DNA of 64,000 nt from a virus: IMG/VR virus record IMGVR_UViG_3300017788_000011, positions 32,001-96,000 of that record; one strand, 5' to 3'. Positions 9,325 through 20,600 of this stretch are shown here, piece by piece. Position 1 is the stretch's first letter, and every line of letters starts with the position of its first letter. The notes under the pieces are model-generated. The model had not been told where the DNA came from and made no database searches. It saw only the letters and a list, made by a program, of their open reading frames with translations. Both the position numbers and the translations under genes were made by a program.

Positions 9325-10160
9325 TGATTATACATCCTGATTAAACTTTGCTTATTCATTACGTGAACATCAAGCCCTTGTGTTTTTATCAATGTATAAC
9401 AGCCGAGACTTTCTTGTTTTTCAACAAGGAAACGCATTTTGTCGTTTTTTATTTCCCATAAAATATCTCTATCTGTTATATAATACATTCTTCCTGGAAG
9501 ATTTTTTGCAAAATCACCGTCGGTTAATCCGTTCATATAATGAATGGCAATGCTGAAGGCATGATCATTTCTAAATAAAGAACTCTCAAATTCAAATAAC
9601 AATTTAAAGTATGTCCAGTTTTCGTGAATATGTTTTATATAATCAAAGAATATTTCAGTGGCAGCAGTTTTTCTAAAATAAAAAACTGTGGCCCAATAAA
9701 AGTCAATGCTTTTATCACTAAGAACTTGAAACTCTGAGGGCTTCCTCCATACTGCTAAGTCTACAGAGTCTTTGTAAATTAAAAAATCATCTGGGGATCC
9801 CCAACATCCGTTTAATACATCTGAACAGATCAAATAATCTGCATCAATTACCAATGTTTCTTTGTACGGACTGATATCAAACGATCTAACTCTTAATTGA
9901 TTTTTCCAGGACATTGATCTGTATACTATTGATCCGTCATAAAATCGCTTTTGTTGTTTGGTTAGATCTTTTCCTTCAATTATTTTATCAAATAATGTTG
10001 AACTATCTGGATGAAGTTCTAACAGACTTTTTTTATCGTTGGTAACTATAGTAACCGGTTTATCTAAATATCGTTTGGCACGTTTGGCTGCTTCGACGGC
10101 TAATTGATTATAATCAATACTACCGTTGTTCTGTGCAAAAATTAAAATTCCTTGACTCAT
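9321..10160 (-). CDS. GT8-like glycosyltransferase
   Basis: SPYKETLVIDADYLI DxD motif, FRNDHAFSIA and HVMNK. Confidence 0.7.
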   Translation of the reverse strand: MSQGILIFAQNNGSIDYNQLAVEAAKRAKRYLDKPVTIVTNDKKSLLELHPDSSTLFDKIIEGKDLTKQQKRFYDGSIVYRSMSWKNQLRVRSFDISPYKETLVIDADYLICSDVLNGCWGSPDDFLIYKDSVDLAVWRKPSEFQVLSDKSIDFYWATVFYFRKTAATEIFFDYIKHIHENWTYFKLLFEFESSLFRNDHAFSIAIHYMNGLTDGDFAKNLPGRMYYITDRDILWEIKNDKMRFLVEKQESLGCYTLIKTQGLDVHVMNKQSLIRMYNQ

Positions 10161-10504
10161 ATTGCAGTTAATTTATCAATCGATCGAGTTTTAATTTGTT
10201 GAGATTTAGTATGGTACTCGTTTGATGCTGAAGTATATTTGTCAAGTATATCAGTTAAGAAAGTTTTAATGTTACCTATTTGTATAGGATTGTTATTTTT
10301 ATCAATCAGTACAAATTCGCTGTCATATCCCATGTCAACTACTGTTTTAACAAATGTAATTAACTCGGGCTGTGCTGAAAATACGCCACCGTTTTGGTAA
10401 TGCACTGTTGCCTGCTGAAATTCTTCAAAAAATATCTGCTTTTGATTAGATATTGTTGTCATTAGATTTATAGATTCTAATGCTTTTTCGAAACGATCGT
10501 CCAT
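10157..10504 (-). CDS. Hypothetical protein
   Basis: 115-aa ORF with SD GGAG, first gene of the glycosyltransferase operon. Confidence 0.7.
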   Translation of the reverse strand: MDDRFEKALESINLMTTISNQKQIFFEEFQQATVHYQNGGVFSAQPELITFVKTVVDMGYDSEFVLIDKNNNPIQIGNIKTFLTDILDKYTSASNEYHTKSQQIKTRSIDKLTAI

Positions 10505-10513
10505 AGATACTCC

Positions 10514-10555
10514 AAGGTAAAATAGTATTATACTATTTTATCCTTTAAAGAACAA
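10514..10555 (-). promoter_or_regulatory. Sigma70-like promoter TTGTTC-N17-TATAAT with the -10 box inside a palindrome
   Basis: Minus strand: -35 at 10555-10550, -10 at 10532-10527; inverted repeat TAAAATAGTA-tta-TACTATTTTA. Confidence 0.55.
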
Positions 10556-10569
10556 GAGGTTTTGGTTTT

Positions 10570-11574
10570 TTAAGTTAAATTAGAACCCGGGCCCAATGAA
10601 GCACCGAGGCCGCGAACATTGACATTAGGGCCAGATGGTCTAAACGCTTGAACATAACTGGTAAAGGGACTAACCAATTCGTCATTTCTTATTCGAGGTG
10701 GATTAAACACACCCACAGAATCATCTCGATACTCAATTCTAAAAGTTATTAATGTAGCACCGCCTTGAAAATTGTCTGCAACATTACATTTGGCTTTAAT
10801 AACTAAATCGTTTTCCGCATAAACACCTGCTTCTGCTTCTTTACCAAATATAAATTGATACGTATCTGTTAAATCATAAAATCCAACTGTGGAATTGTTA
10901 CCGGTTGGGGCTGTAGTATCGGCATAGTCAAAGATAACCACGTTAGGTCTTAGTGCGCCGCCGTAGTATGATGTGTAAAATGGATCATCATTTGAAAAAA
11001 TCTTTTCCCAAGAGGCGTTCTTTGCCACACTTGCGGCCGGTTCGCCTGTGCGATTCAATACAGAGTAAAAACGAAGTTGTCCGCCAGCATTGAAAAAATA
11101 TCTAAAGTTGGCTGCTTTTCCTGCGCCGTCTGCAGACGATATTACTCTAATTTCATGAATTTTAACTGCTCTCCACTGAACGGTCTGACTGGCAGTGTGT
11201 ATTGTGGATAATGTTCCCTGACTTGGGGCACAAACATATCTGTCATCTCTTATCAATCTACGCATATTGTCATATTGGTTGCGTAGTTCCTCTGTGATAA
11301 GATCAGCAGTAGTAGGTCTTAAAAGATTTAAACCGTCAAGAGAATTAGATTCGCCAATACCTTGTCCAGTCTGATGTCTTCGAATACGAATCATATCGTT
11401 GCGTAATCGTAACCAGTCATTTAGAAGAATACGCTGGGCGACTGTTCTCGGAGTACTTTGACGATCTCCCTGGCCGTAGCCATCTCTACCAGCACCCGGT
11501 CCCAGAGTTAATTCAATTCTACTTTGGATTTGGTTATAATCCGCTGCTAATATTTTGTTGCCTACACCAGCCAT
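10570..11574 (-). CDS. Putative virion structural (tail-associated) protein
   Basis: 334 aa, last gene of the fibre block; RYFFNAGG motif. Confidence 0.55.
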   Translation of the reverse strand: MAGVGNKILAADYNQIQSRIELTLGPGAGRDGYGQGDRQSTPRTVAQRILLNDWLRLRNDMIRIRRHQTGQGIGESNSLDGLNLLRPTTADLITEELRNQYDNMRRLIRDDRYVCAPSQGTLSTIHTASQTVQWRAVKIHEIRVISSADGAGKAANFRYFFNAGGQLRFYSVLNRTGEPAASVAKNASWEKIFSNDDPFYTSYYGGALRPNVVIFDYADTTAPTGNNSTVGFYDLTDTYQFIFGKEAEAGVYAENDLVIKAKCNVADNFQGGATLITFRIEYRDDSVGVFNPPRIRNDELVSPFTSYVQAFRPSGPNVNVRGLGASLGPGSNLT

Positions 11575-11586
11575 TTTTGTCCCTTA

Positions 11587-13059
11587 TTATAATATAACTG
11601 ATTCAATTAATTTTACACTGGTGTCGTCACTTGTGTCAAGTGCCACTCCAAAAACTTCAGTATAGTTATGGGGTTCTGCCCGAACTGCACATCCATTATT
11701 GGTTGGGACAAGTCTATCTCCTTTTCGAATCTTTCCAATTATTTTTACAGGAACTCGACCTTTAAGTGCCACATACTGGCCGCCTTCAAGGTCACTGTTC
11801 ATTTTGAAAGCAGGCTTACCGGAAATTACACCTATGGCCTTATCTCCCGACATTGATTCACGAACTTCGGCCGATCCGCCAACTGAAACTACTGTACCGA
11901 TATCATAATCCTGATCTGTTAAATATTTTTCTGCTAAGTCGGCGTATCTTGCTGACGTTGCTGTTCCCTCAAAGAGGTTAGCGGAAATATTTCCGGATCC
12001 GTCTCTACCAGCAATAGTATTAGCAGTTGCCGCTGTAGAGGCTGTTCGATAAGTTCCGCCGAGATTCAACGCATCAGAGCGTGTTGCAGTTCCATCGAAT
12101 CCGTAGGCGTAGATAGTTTTAAACTTGGCCACTGGAGAGCCAATATCATGAACATTATCTGAACCTGGTAAAACATGATTACCTACCAATCGCAAAGGAG
12201 TAGTAGAGGCTGTTCCGCCGACGGTAGTTCTAAATTCAATTGTAGTTCCAATTTGATTTTGAATTACTGGAGTATTACCACCAACAACAGAAACTTTTAA
12301 GTCATCGTCATCACCAACTGTAAAACCAAAATCTGTAAAGGAAGCCAGACCTTGAAACGCCGCATTTACACTGGTAATGTACTCTAAGGCTAATTTTCCG
12401 CCGAGACGTAGCGAATCCGATGCTGTGCCCCAATATACAAATTCTGAACCGACGTTTGCTACACCAGTTACATCATTGGTATAGGCCAGTGTGGTTCCTT
12501 TTTTAATTTTTGTAAAACCGGTTATCGGATTTACTGCGGAATCAAGAATAAATTCATCTTTGCTGATGACAAAAATTACAGCATCATCTGCAACTGCTTC
12601 AATACAGGGATGATCAACACCAAATACATCACGCAGATTACGTGAACGCATTTGAGTAGTACCTGCGCCTTGAACACCCTGCGGGCCAACAAGGATAAAT
12701 TCTGTTCCGTTCCAAACACTTATTTGATCGTTAGCAGTGTCAAACCAAAGGTCGCCGGATGTAAGTCCAGTAGGGGCTGTGGCTGAAACTTCTGCGCCAC
12801 CTGTGGTTCTGAATTTTGCACCATCGTAAAATTTTAGTTTTTTAGAACTACTATCAAACCAAACTTGTCCGCTGATTTTTTTACCGGGTGGGTTTGGTCC
12901 GGCGAAATTTTCCAGCAAAAATACAAAATTTTCGTTTTGTATTTCACCGTAACCCGCATAGTTTTTACCGATTAACTTAATATCGAGCGTACTATCAACT
13001 GTACCGTCCTCAACAACCGCTATCGGTGTACCATCATAACGATCAATATTATAAGCCAT
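11587..13059 (-). CDS. Tail fibre/baseplate-associated protein with a C-terminal chaperone-like domain
   Basis: N-terminal GKNYAGYG...NENF..LLENFA module shared with the next two genes; C-terminal ARYADLAEKY...VALKGRVPVK. Confidence 0.7.
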   Translation of the reverse strand: MAYNIDRYDGTPIAVVEDGTVDSTLDIKLIGKNYAGYGEIQNENFVFLLENFAGPNPPGKKISGQVWFDSSSKKLKFYDGAKFRTTGGAEVSATAPTGLTSGDLWFDTANDQISVWNGTEFILVGPQGVQGAGTTQMRSRNLRDVFGVDHPCIEAVADDAVIFVISKDEFILDSAVNPITGFTKIKKGTTLAYTNDVTGVANVGSEFVYWGTASDSLRLGGKLALEYITSVNAAFQGLASFTDFGFTVGDDDDLKVSVVGGNTPVIQNQIGTTIEFRTTVGGTASTTPLRLVGNHVLPGSDNVHDIGSPVAKFKTIYAYGFDGTATRSDALNLGGTYRTASTAATANTIAGRDGSGNISANLFEGTATSARYADLAEKYLTDQDYDIGTVVSVGGSAEVRESMSGDKAIGVISGKPAFKMNSDLEGGQYVALKGRVPVKIIGKIRKGDRLVPTNNGCAVRAEPHNYTEVFGVALDTSDDTSVKLIESVIL

Positions 13060-13090
13060 TTGCTAAAGCCCCTTGTTCCTTTTATATTTA

Positions 13091-14929
13091 TTAAACTAAA
13101 CTTGCTATGTCTGACTGGTAAACCCAGGATCCTGCCACTACTTGATAGCGTTTTATTACCCTTGTAACCGTTATTATCGCATCTCCTGCATTAATCGGGT
13201 TAGTTTGAATGTTTTGTATCACATTCTGATTGTTTGTACCACCATTTTTATCCACCAATACTGTGGTATATTCGATACTGTAATCATCAGGATCTAATGC
13301 ACTGCCAATAGTTAGTGGAATCGCACTGTAACTGACTGCTGTAACGGTGCAATGAATATTTGCGTTAGTGCCGTTGGCAAAGGTACTTGACGGGGCTATT
13401 TGATTTAATGCTACAGCAATCTGCGAGTTATTCAACCCTGTAATATCCATGGTTAGCGCAATATTTCTGGCGCTGATGGCCAAATCAACATAACCTTTGT
13501 TTGCAATTACTGCGGCAGTGCCAGAGTTCGCATTGGCTGTATATGTAGTGGCATTTGAAACTTGCAGTACTCCGGTTCCAGTAGTGGAAAAGGTGATGGT
13601 TCCATTAGATGCTGTATTACTTATAGTGCTGCCGTCAATGTTAATATCATCAACTTGCAAAGATAACATATTGCCTACAGAACGCAATCCTGGTGCTGAA
13701 ACTACGCTGGTACCTAATGCTGTTTCTGATAAAACCTCAACATCATTAACCTTGTAAGTTTTTCCTGTGGCTAAATTTAAATGCTCTGAAGATTTCCAAC
13801 TTTGACTGCTGTTATTAAACAAGAAAGATTTGTTTGAAGAGCTTTCAAGAATAATTCCGCCGTTATTGGCTGCAGAATCGCTGACAGTGCCCTGTCCTAC
13901 TATTATGTTCTTGTCTTTGATAGTTAAATTGTTTGACGAAATAGTAGTAGTTGTTCCTTCAACTGTTAGGTTTCCACCAATGATAACATTGCCATCAACG
14001 TCAAGTGTAGCAGAAGGTGCTGTATTAAAAATACCGATTCGTCGGGTTTCTGAGTCAATGAATAACACAGATTCGGGCTGTCCTGGAACAGCCGCATTAG
14101 AACTTCTTATTTTAAAATTATAATTTTGATTAGTGATATTAGTGGCAAATTCTATATTTTCATCAACAATAGATACTGATGCATCGTTTAAGTTTCCGAT
14201 AGTAATACCACTGTTGCTCTGTACGTTTAGTCTAAATCTTGTTGTGCCTTCTTTATAAGTAGGCAAAAAGGAATCCGCATTACGGGCTACACCACCTGTA
14301 TCGACCAAGGATTCAGCCGCAGAAACTGTGGTATATATTTTAAAGTTTGCCAACGCAATATTAAGACCTATCTTAATATCACTGTTTTGTAATCCCGGAA
14401 TAGGATCTTTAACTGTAAATTCTTCTTTGGCTATAACTCCAAGTAAAACATTTCCTAAATAAAGTTTTAAAATGTTATGTGAAACGCCGTTAGTGTCGAC
14501 TTCAGTAGTTGTTAAGAATCCCGAACGACCCTGTAATGCAGTGTATACAGGACCTGCTAAAATATCATCTCGTCCATCATAAAACCAAACTTGATCGAGT
14601 CTACTGTCGATCCAGATATCTCCAGCAACCATGTCTTGCGGACGGGAAGGAGATACAATAGGAGCACCGCTGGTTCTAAAAATATTTCCGTCGTAGATTT
14701 TTAATCTGGATTCATTAGTATCATACCACAACTGTCCTCTAAGGGGATTAGTTGGACGAGCATCGCTGGCAAAATTTTCAAGTAACTTTACAAAATTTTC
14801 ATTGATATATTCACCAAAGCCGCTGAAATTTTTGCCTATTAAAGTTATGTCAGTTGACAACTGATCAATAGTACCATCTACTAATTCAGTTAAGAGCGTG
14901 GCATCTGTTTTATTAATTTTATATGTCAT
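13091..14929 (-). CDS. Tail fibre/baseplate-associated protein
   Basis: Same N-terminal module; RIGIFNTAPSATLDVDG and GNLTVEGTTTTI beta-rich fibre motifs. Confidence 0.7.
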   Translation of the reverse strand: MTYKINKTDATLLTELVDGTIDQLSTDITLIGKNFSGFGEYINENFVKLLENFASDARPTNPLRGQLWYDTNESRLKIYDGNIFRTSGAPIVSPSRPQDMVAGDIWIDSRLDQVWFYDGRDDILAGPVYTALQGRSGFLTTTEVDTNGVSHNILKLYLGNVLLGVIAKEEFTVKDPIPGLQNSDIKIGLNIALANFKIYTTVSAAESLVDTGGVARNADSFLPTYKEGTTRFRLNVQSNSGITIGNLNDASVSIVDENIEFATNITNQNYNFKIRSSNAAVPGQPESVLFIDSETRRIGIFNTAPSATLDVDGNVIIGGNLTVEGTTTTISSNNLTIKDKNIIVGQGTVSDSAANNGGIILESSSNKSFLFNNSSQSWKSSEHLNLATGKTYKVNDVEVLSETALGTSVVSAPGLRSVGNMLSLQVDDINIDGSTISNTASNGTITFSTTGTGVLQVSNATTYTANANSGTAAVIANKGYVDLAISARNIALTMDITGLNNSQIAVALNQIAPSSTFANGTNANIHCTVTAVSYSAIPLTIGSALDPDDYSIEYTTVLVDKNGGTNNQNVIQNIQTNPINAGDAIITVTRVIKRYQVVAGSWVYQSDIASLV

Positions 14930-17034
14930 ACCTCAACTCCGGTGTAAATGATATAGTTAATAGTTTGATACGGCGGTAATGTTTGAAACGGTGTGGCCAG
15001 TGTTGCATTTGTTTTGATTCCACCGGAGTTATTTAAATATTGTCCCTGTAATGCGCCAGTTGGGCCGTTGCCAGCAATAGCATCGGTGTCTGTTGGGGAT
15101 CCTGAAACATTTCTAAAACCATAATACTGGTTACCTGCATCGCCCTTTAAATCATGGGAGTGGTCTGGCAAATTGGCTTCTGTTAGTGTCACTGTTTCAA
15201 ATCCGCCAGTCAATCCAACTGTGTCAGCAGTGATAGAAGTAACACGATTGGCAGCACCGCCGCCGGCATCAATAATATCAAGCGGATTATCTCTGTTAGG
15301 CATTTCAAGACCGTTGTCCATATTGTCTCTGCCTAATGGAAATCTACCACGCAAGTCGGGCAAGGCAAATGTAGCACCCCCTAACAACAGTGAGGGATCT
15401 TTGTAAGTGTATCCAATTATGTTGAACAATGCTGTATATGTTGAAGTTAATACTTCTCCGCCGTCACACAACAGATAACCAGCAGGCGGTGTAGGACCAG
15501 CATACGGAAAAATAGCACCTATGGGCACCACTGGTATATTGGCTTTTATACTTCTTAATTTTGTTTTTCTAATGCCGGTTAACGGCCTGAAAATAATAAA
15601 CTCGTCTGCATCCTCAACATCAGTGACTTCAGTTTTAGTTGTAATGTATGTAGGGTCAATAGTTGTTGTGAACGTCAACGTTGAGGACTCAGGTGCACCA
15701 TCAAATGTAATTGTGTTGCTTGAAATATCACCTTCTAATTTAAAATTAGTAGGCTGTGTTAATCTTGTGGCTGAACCGGAAATGTTACCGTTTAAGAAAC
15801 CAGTAAATTGTGTAGATACAATTATGTCGGCGTCGACTCTCTGTGCAAACACGTTATTCCATCGATTGCCGCCGGATGAAGGATTTGTTCCGAGATTATA
15901 CAAATTATTTGTCTGAGGGGCGATATCTCCTGTAACTGCAGAACCATCCACAGTTAAATCGCCACCAACGTTTAATTTTTTGTTTATAGCAACACCGCCA
16001 GATATTACTGCACTACCAGTGGCCAATGAGATTGAATCTGCGGTATTAGTTAAAATTAACTGGCCGCTGGCTTGAACGTTCCCAATTATATCCAATGCCT
16101 CTTGAGGGTCAGTTTTATTAACACCCACACGACCATTTGAAGTTACTTTTAAAACATTAGTAGGTGTACCATTGTTGTTCAATCTCAATTCAATGCTACT
16201 GCCTGCTGTTTTATTATAGACTACAGTTGATCCTTCTTCGATACCGATCGTAGTACTTAGATCTAATCCAATAGCAAGTCCAGCATTGTTTCTAATATTA
16301 ATGTTACTATCACTGGTACTGGATACATCACTTCTAACAAAATTAGCCGCAGGAACAGCAACGCCATTTATTACCAATGCTTCGGCTTTTTCTGCTGTGC
16401 CGGTAAATCTATTTGGTATCTGCCCTGCTGTGTAAATATTTTTTGTAGATAGGTTCACCCCCGGCTGTATTGACTCAAAACCGTCAATTACAGACCTTGG
16501 AATAAACTGAGCATTGGAGAAAATTGCTAATCGAATGCCGCCAACATAGTTAGATAAAATTGTTCTACTATTATTCTCAATGTCTGCAATTGTTTCTGTG
16601 ACAAAACCAGTTTTGTTTCCTGCGTTGAATTGCGGTCCTACTAAGACCCATGTTGAACCAGTAAACAAATATAACTGTTGTGCTGTAGTATCTACCCACA
16701 GGTCGCCTATTGTGCTGTTTATCGACAGGGGCTGTGTAGAACTTTTAATCACACTACCGGCCGCTGTCCAAGTAGTTCCGTCAAAAACTTTTAACTGTGG
16801 ACGAGCAGGTTCAACTGTGGTTCCTGTATCGTACCATAATTGTCCTCTTATCGGATTAGTAGGCGGAGTTGCTCTGGCGAAATTCTCAAGCAAATGTAAG
16901 AAATTTTCACCTACAACCTTACCGTAACCTGTTACGTTTTTACCTAAAAACGTTAAACTTGTTTCAGTATTAAAACTACCGTCTTCAACTGTGATTGGAT
17001 TTTCGTTGGCCGAATCGTAACGATTTAATTGCAT
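14926..17034 (-). CDS. Tail fibre protein with tail collar domain
   Basis: Same N-terminal module; collar motif PIGAIFPYAG..PPAGYLLCDG...FALPDLRGRFPLG and LPDHSH. Confidence 0.8.
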   Translation of the reverse strand: MQLNRYDSANENPITVEDGSFNTETSLTFLGKNVTGYGKVVGENFLHLLENFARATPPTNPIRGQLWYDTGTTVEPARPQLKVFDGTTWTAAGSVIKSSTQPLSINSTIGDLWVDTTAQQLYLFTGSTWVLVGPQFNAGNKTGFVTETIADIENNSRTILSNYVGGIRLAIFSNAQFIPRSVIDGFESIQPGVNLSTKNIYTAGQIPNRFTGTAEKAEALVINGVAVPAANFVRSDVSSTSDSNINIRNNAGLAIGLDLSTTIGIEEGSTVVYNKTAGSSIELRLNNNGTPTNVLKVTSNGRVGVNKTDPQEALDIIGNVQASGQLILTNTADSISLATGSAVISGGVAINKKLNVGGDLTVDGSAVTGDIAPQTNNLYNLGTNPSSGGNRWNNVFAQRVDADIIVSTQFTGFLNGNISGSATRLTQPTNFKLEGDISSNTITFDGAPESSTLTFTTTIDPTYITTKTEVTDVEDADEFIIFRPLTGIRKTKLRSIKANIPVVPIGAIFPYAGPTPPAGYLLCDGGEVLTSTYTALFNIIGYTYKDPSLLLGGATFALPDLRGRFPLGRDNMDNGLEMPNRDNPLDIIDAGGGAANRVTSITADTVGLTGGFETVTLTEANLPDHSHDLKGDAGNQYYGFRNVSGSPTDTDAIAGNGPTGALQGQYLNNSGGIKTNATLATPFQTLPPYQTINYIIYTGVEV

Positions 17035-17035
17035 C

Positions 17036-17644
17036 TTAGCCTCCGATCAATCCAGAAAGACTCTGTACTCTAACTGTGTAATCAACCTGAATTAGTCGAT
17101 TTAAAGATTTTTGTACTGGGTGGAAAATGACATGTGTTAACAATAAACCAGTGCCGCCGGAATCATAACTTCTCAGGCCAAGCTCATCAAACACATAGGA
17201 AGCATTTAAATCTGTGGCATTGTCAAACGCATCCTGATTTGAAGGTTCTCCGTAATCTAACAAACAAGTAACAAGAATGTCTGTGTAATTTGTACCAGTA
17301 ACGTGGCGTATTTCTACCTTATTTCTCGAAGCATCAAGGTTAGTAACTGATCGGTCATCTACTACCTTGCTGTATGTTTCGCTGTATAGTGTGGCATTTG
17401 TACCCGTAGAGTTAGGTGTGAGATAAGTGATTGTACCGGTAGGGTCAACCACAGTTCCACCGTTTCCAAAAACCATTTCATAAATGAATCCTTCACCGCT
17501 GTTGCCCAAGCTCTTGGCCAACGCTATACTCATATTTTCATAATGAATTGCGTTGCGTTTGTTGATCGCTATTTCGCCGGTTTCGGGATACCATATTTTA
17601 ATATGGCCTTCTACGTGAAATCCTGAATGTTCTTTATTCTGCAT
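17036..17644 (-). CDS. Putative baseplate/tail structural protein
   Basis: 202 aa in the structural block; VFDELGL and HPVQKSLNR; TAAATA upstream. Confidence 0.6.
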   Translation of the reverse strand: MQNKEHSGFHVEGHIKIWYPETGEIAINKRNAIHYENMSIALAKSLGNSGEGFIYEMVFGNGGTVVDPTGTITYLTPNSTGTNATLYSETYSKVVDDRSVTNLDASRNKVEIRHVTGTNYTDILVTCLLDYGEPSNQDAFDNATDLNASYVFDELGLRSYDSGGTGLLLTHVIFHPVQKSLNRLIQVDYTVRVQSLSGLIGG

Positions 17645-17676
17645 TTTTCTGTTCCAGTATATATTTATTCAAGTGT

Positions 17677-20600
17677 TTAACCACCCCTACGTAAAAATAG
17701 TGCAGGTTTAGTAATAGATTCAGTTAGTTGCTGGCCTGAATTTTGCCACATCTGTCCGACTTTTCGTGTTACAACAACTTTAGTTCCAGCAGGTATCGCC
17801 GAAGTCAATCTAATCCTACCTTCAGGAGCAGATATTGTTCCATAGTTAACTCCATCTACTGAAAACTCTGCTTCTACCTGAATAGTGTCACTTTCAAAGT
17901 CAGGTCCAACTGCTTTGTCGTATCGAACCAGCGGAGATTTTCTCAAATGACGGCCGGCAGCAAATACATCAACTTGGTTGCATTGGCCGTGTGTTAAAGG
18001 GATTGTGTCTCTGTACCAATCAGCAATCGCTGTTTTTACCGGAACAAACGGTAGTGTAAATTCTAATGTACTGCCGTCACTGACAAACTCATAAACTTCT
18101 GTGTTATCTCCGTAGGGCACTGTTTCAGAAATTCCAATATTGTTTATTACCTGACCAGAAAGGTGGACGTCCTTAACTCCAGTTCCCAACGTTCCACGTC
18201 GGATTTGCGATAGGAAGTTACCATTTTTAACAAAATATTCTACACGTTCTCCAGCAATTTCGATGACTCCGGGTTTATTTTTTGCTCTGCTTGGCTCGTC
18301 AAGCACTGCGCCATCTATAACTTCAATTACTCTGTCAAACGGACGTAGATCTGATGCTAACTGTGTGAATTTATAGTTAAGTCTGTAATAAGAATTTCTG
18401 TTTAAAATGTCTTTAAACTTAACAAAAGAAATAGGTATAGTTGATGACTTTCTATCATCAAACTGCATAACGTCTACTGTATCTGTTTGATCAATCTGTA
18501 TTGTTGGATTTAATTTAACAGTGATAGAATCTAATAAAATATAATCAACATTGGGTGTCAATAATGTTCTGTTCAACATTATCCAGGCTGCAGAAATATC
18601 AGTGACTGCCCGCTGTAGTTTCACTAATCCGCCCTTAAATTGACTAAACAAATAGTACTGTACTGTTTCTTGTACAATTGTTGAAGTAACAAATGTGTTT
18701 CTATATCTTAGAATATTTTGACTGTTATGATTGTAAAAACTCAACACTTCAATAGTATCACCGTAGGCAAGTAACGAAGAATTTTTTATCTTCAAGTAAA
18801 CGTTGCCTGGATTAGTTCCTGTTACTTCGTAATCTAAATCCTTGTTAATGATAATTGTAACTATATCGCCTACACTGACTGCGGTAACATTCATAGTTAC
18901 TCGATTTAGACCAAAGTCAACTGAGAAGTCAATACCATAATCTTTTTTGTCCCCGTTGACAAACACAGAAATTGTTGTAGGATCAAACGAGAACGGAGCA
19001 TACTTTTGACTTTCAATCCTATAAGAATAGTTGTCAGCGGTTATGGTAAATTCATATGAATCTGGGCCTTTTAATACTGTGTTACCTTTTTTAACTAAAA
19101 TTTTACCGTCATAAGGTAAAGACTCTCCCATGGGATTAGTTAATAGATAATCCATCAATGGTGGAACATAACGAATTTCCTGCAGAGAAGCAATAGAAAT
19201 TTCTTGGTCTGGGCCGTCATAGACCACATACTTGAGCACAGAGTTTGCTGCCGGTAGCACTATAAATCTAATACCCAATAGGCCTTCTGTAGCATAAGAA
19301 CTATCGGTTTCAAAAATTTCTGCGTTGTATTGCACACCATCAACAATCACCAACACGTTTTGTGTGTCAGTGTATGGTGCTTGAGTAATAAACTCTCGAG
19401 TTGATCCATCACCGATAAAGAAGTTATTATCATAGATAGATAGTCCGCTGAAATCAAAACTCCAAATACTGATAATAGATCCTTCCGGAGGAACTGTTAA
19501 AAATGTGATAGTACTATCGTAGAAATTGATATTATAATCTTGACCTAATTTTAATAGATCGTTGTCAAGTTTAACCATCACTGAGTTTTCAGTCGTTGGT
19601 TTTTGACCGATTAAAAATCTAAATGATACACCATCAGCATTGATAGTCTTTAATATAATTTTGCTGTTGGCCACAGACACATTATCCTGTACCTTTATAG
19701 ACAGTGTGTCAAAAACATGACCTGGCACTATTTCTTCAGGAGCATGACTGGTATTTGGTGTAACAAATCCATCACCGTCTAAAGAAATATCCGATGGACT
19801 AAAACCCGAAGCAGTATTGTAGGCAAGGTCTCCGCCCGACAATTGTGTATCATAACTGGTTTCTGATGGCAATCTACTACCATCTGACGTGGTCTTTCTA
19901 AAAATTATTTCATCGCCGTTGTTAATTTCTAACGGAGGATTGTCAGTTAAGTTAGGCAGAACAAATGTTTTTGTAATACCATCACAGACTATGGAAGACA
20001 TTACTGCTTCGATATTGGTTTGATCTTCAGTGCCAAAATTAGGATCATCTAATCGTTGACCGTTTTTATATATGTTTAAAACTACGCCTGCGGCAGGAGT
20101 GTATGGTAAAGTAAACTCGTAGGTACTGTCATCGACTGTGACTATGTAGTCATCAAAAGTTTCATCATAGTCATCCCATTGTTCTGATTCCCAAGCATCA
20201 GAATCGAATCCTCCAAGCAGTGTTAATGGAATAGATGTAACTTCAACGCCACCATAATCAACTCCCTTCATTAACTGACCTAAATCCTTGCCGAGTTTTC
20301 CAGGGGCTGTTTGATATGCGTGATAAATTCTGTCGGCAGCAGACATGAAGTTAAGATCAATTTTATATGAAACTTCAATAGTTGCACCAGTCGCCGGTGC
20401 AATTTCAAACTGCACTACTCCGTATTTCTTAGTGTAGTTACCCGAAGAATCTGTTTTATTGAAAACTGCATAATCAGTTTTTAATACTGCGATGCCATTA
20501 ATTTTTACTGTGTACGAATCTTGTGTTAAATCAATTGGCCAGATCAATGCAAACTGTACTCGATTTCCAAATCCTGAGAATTCTTCAACTTTATTAACTT

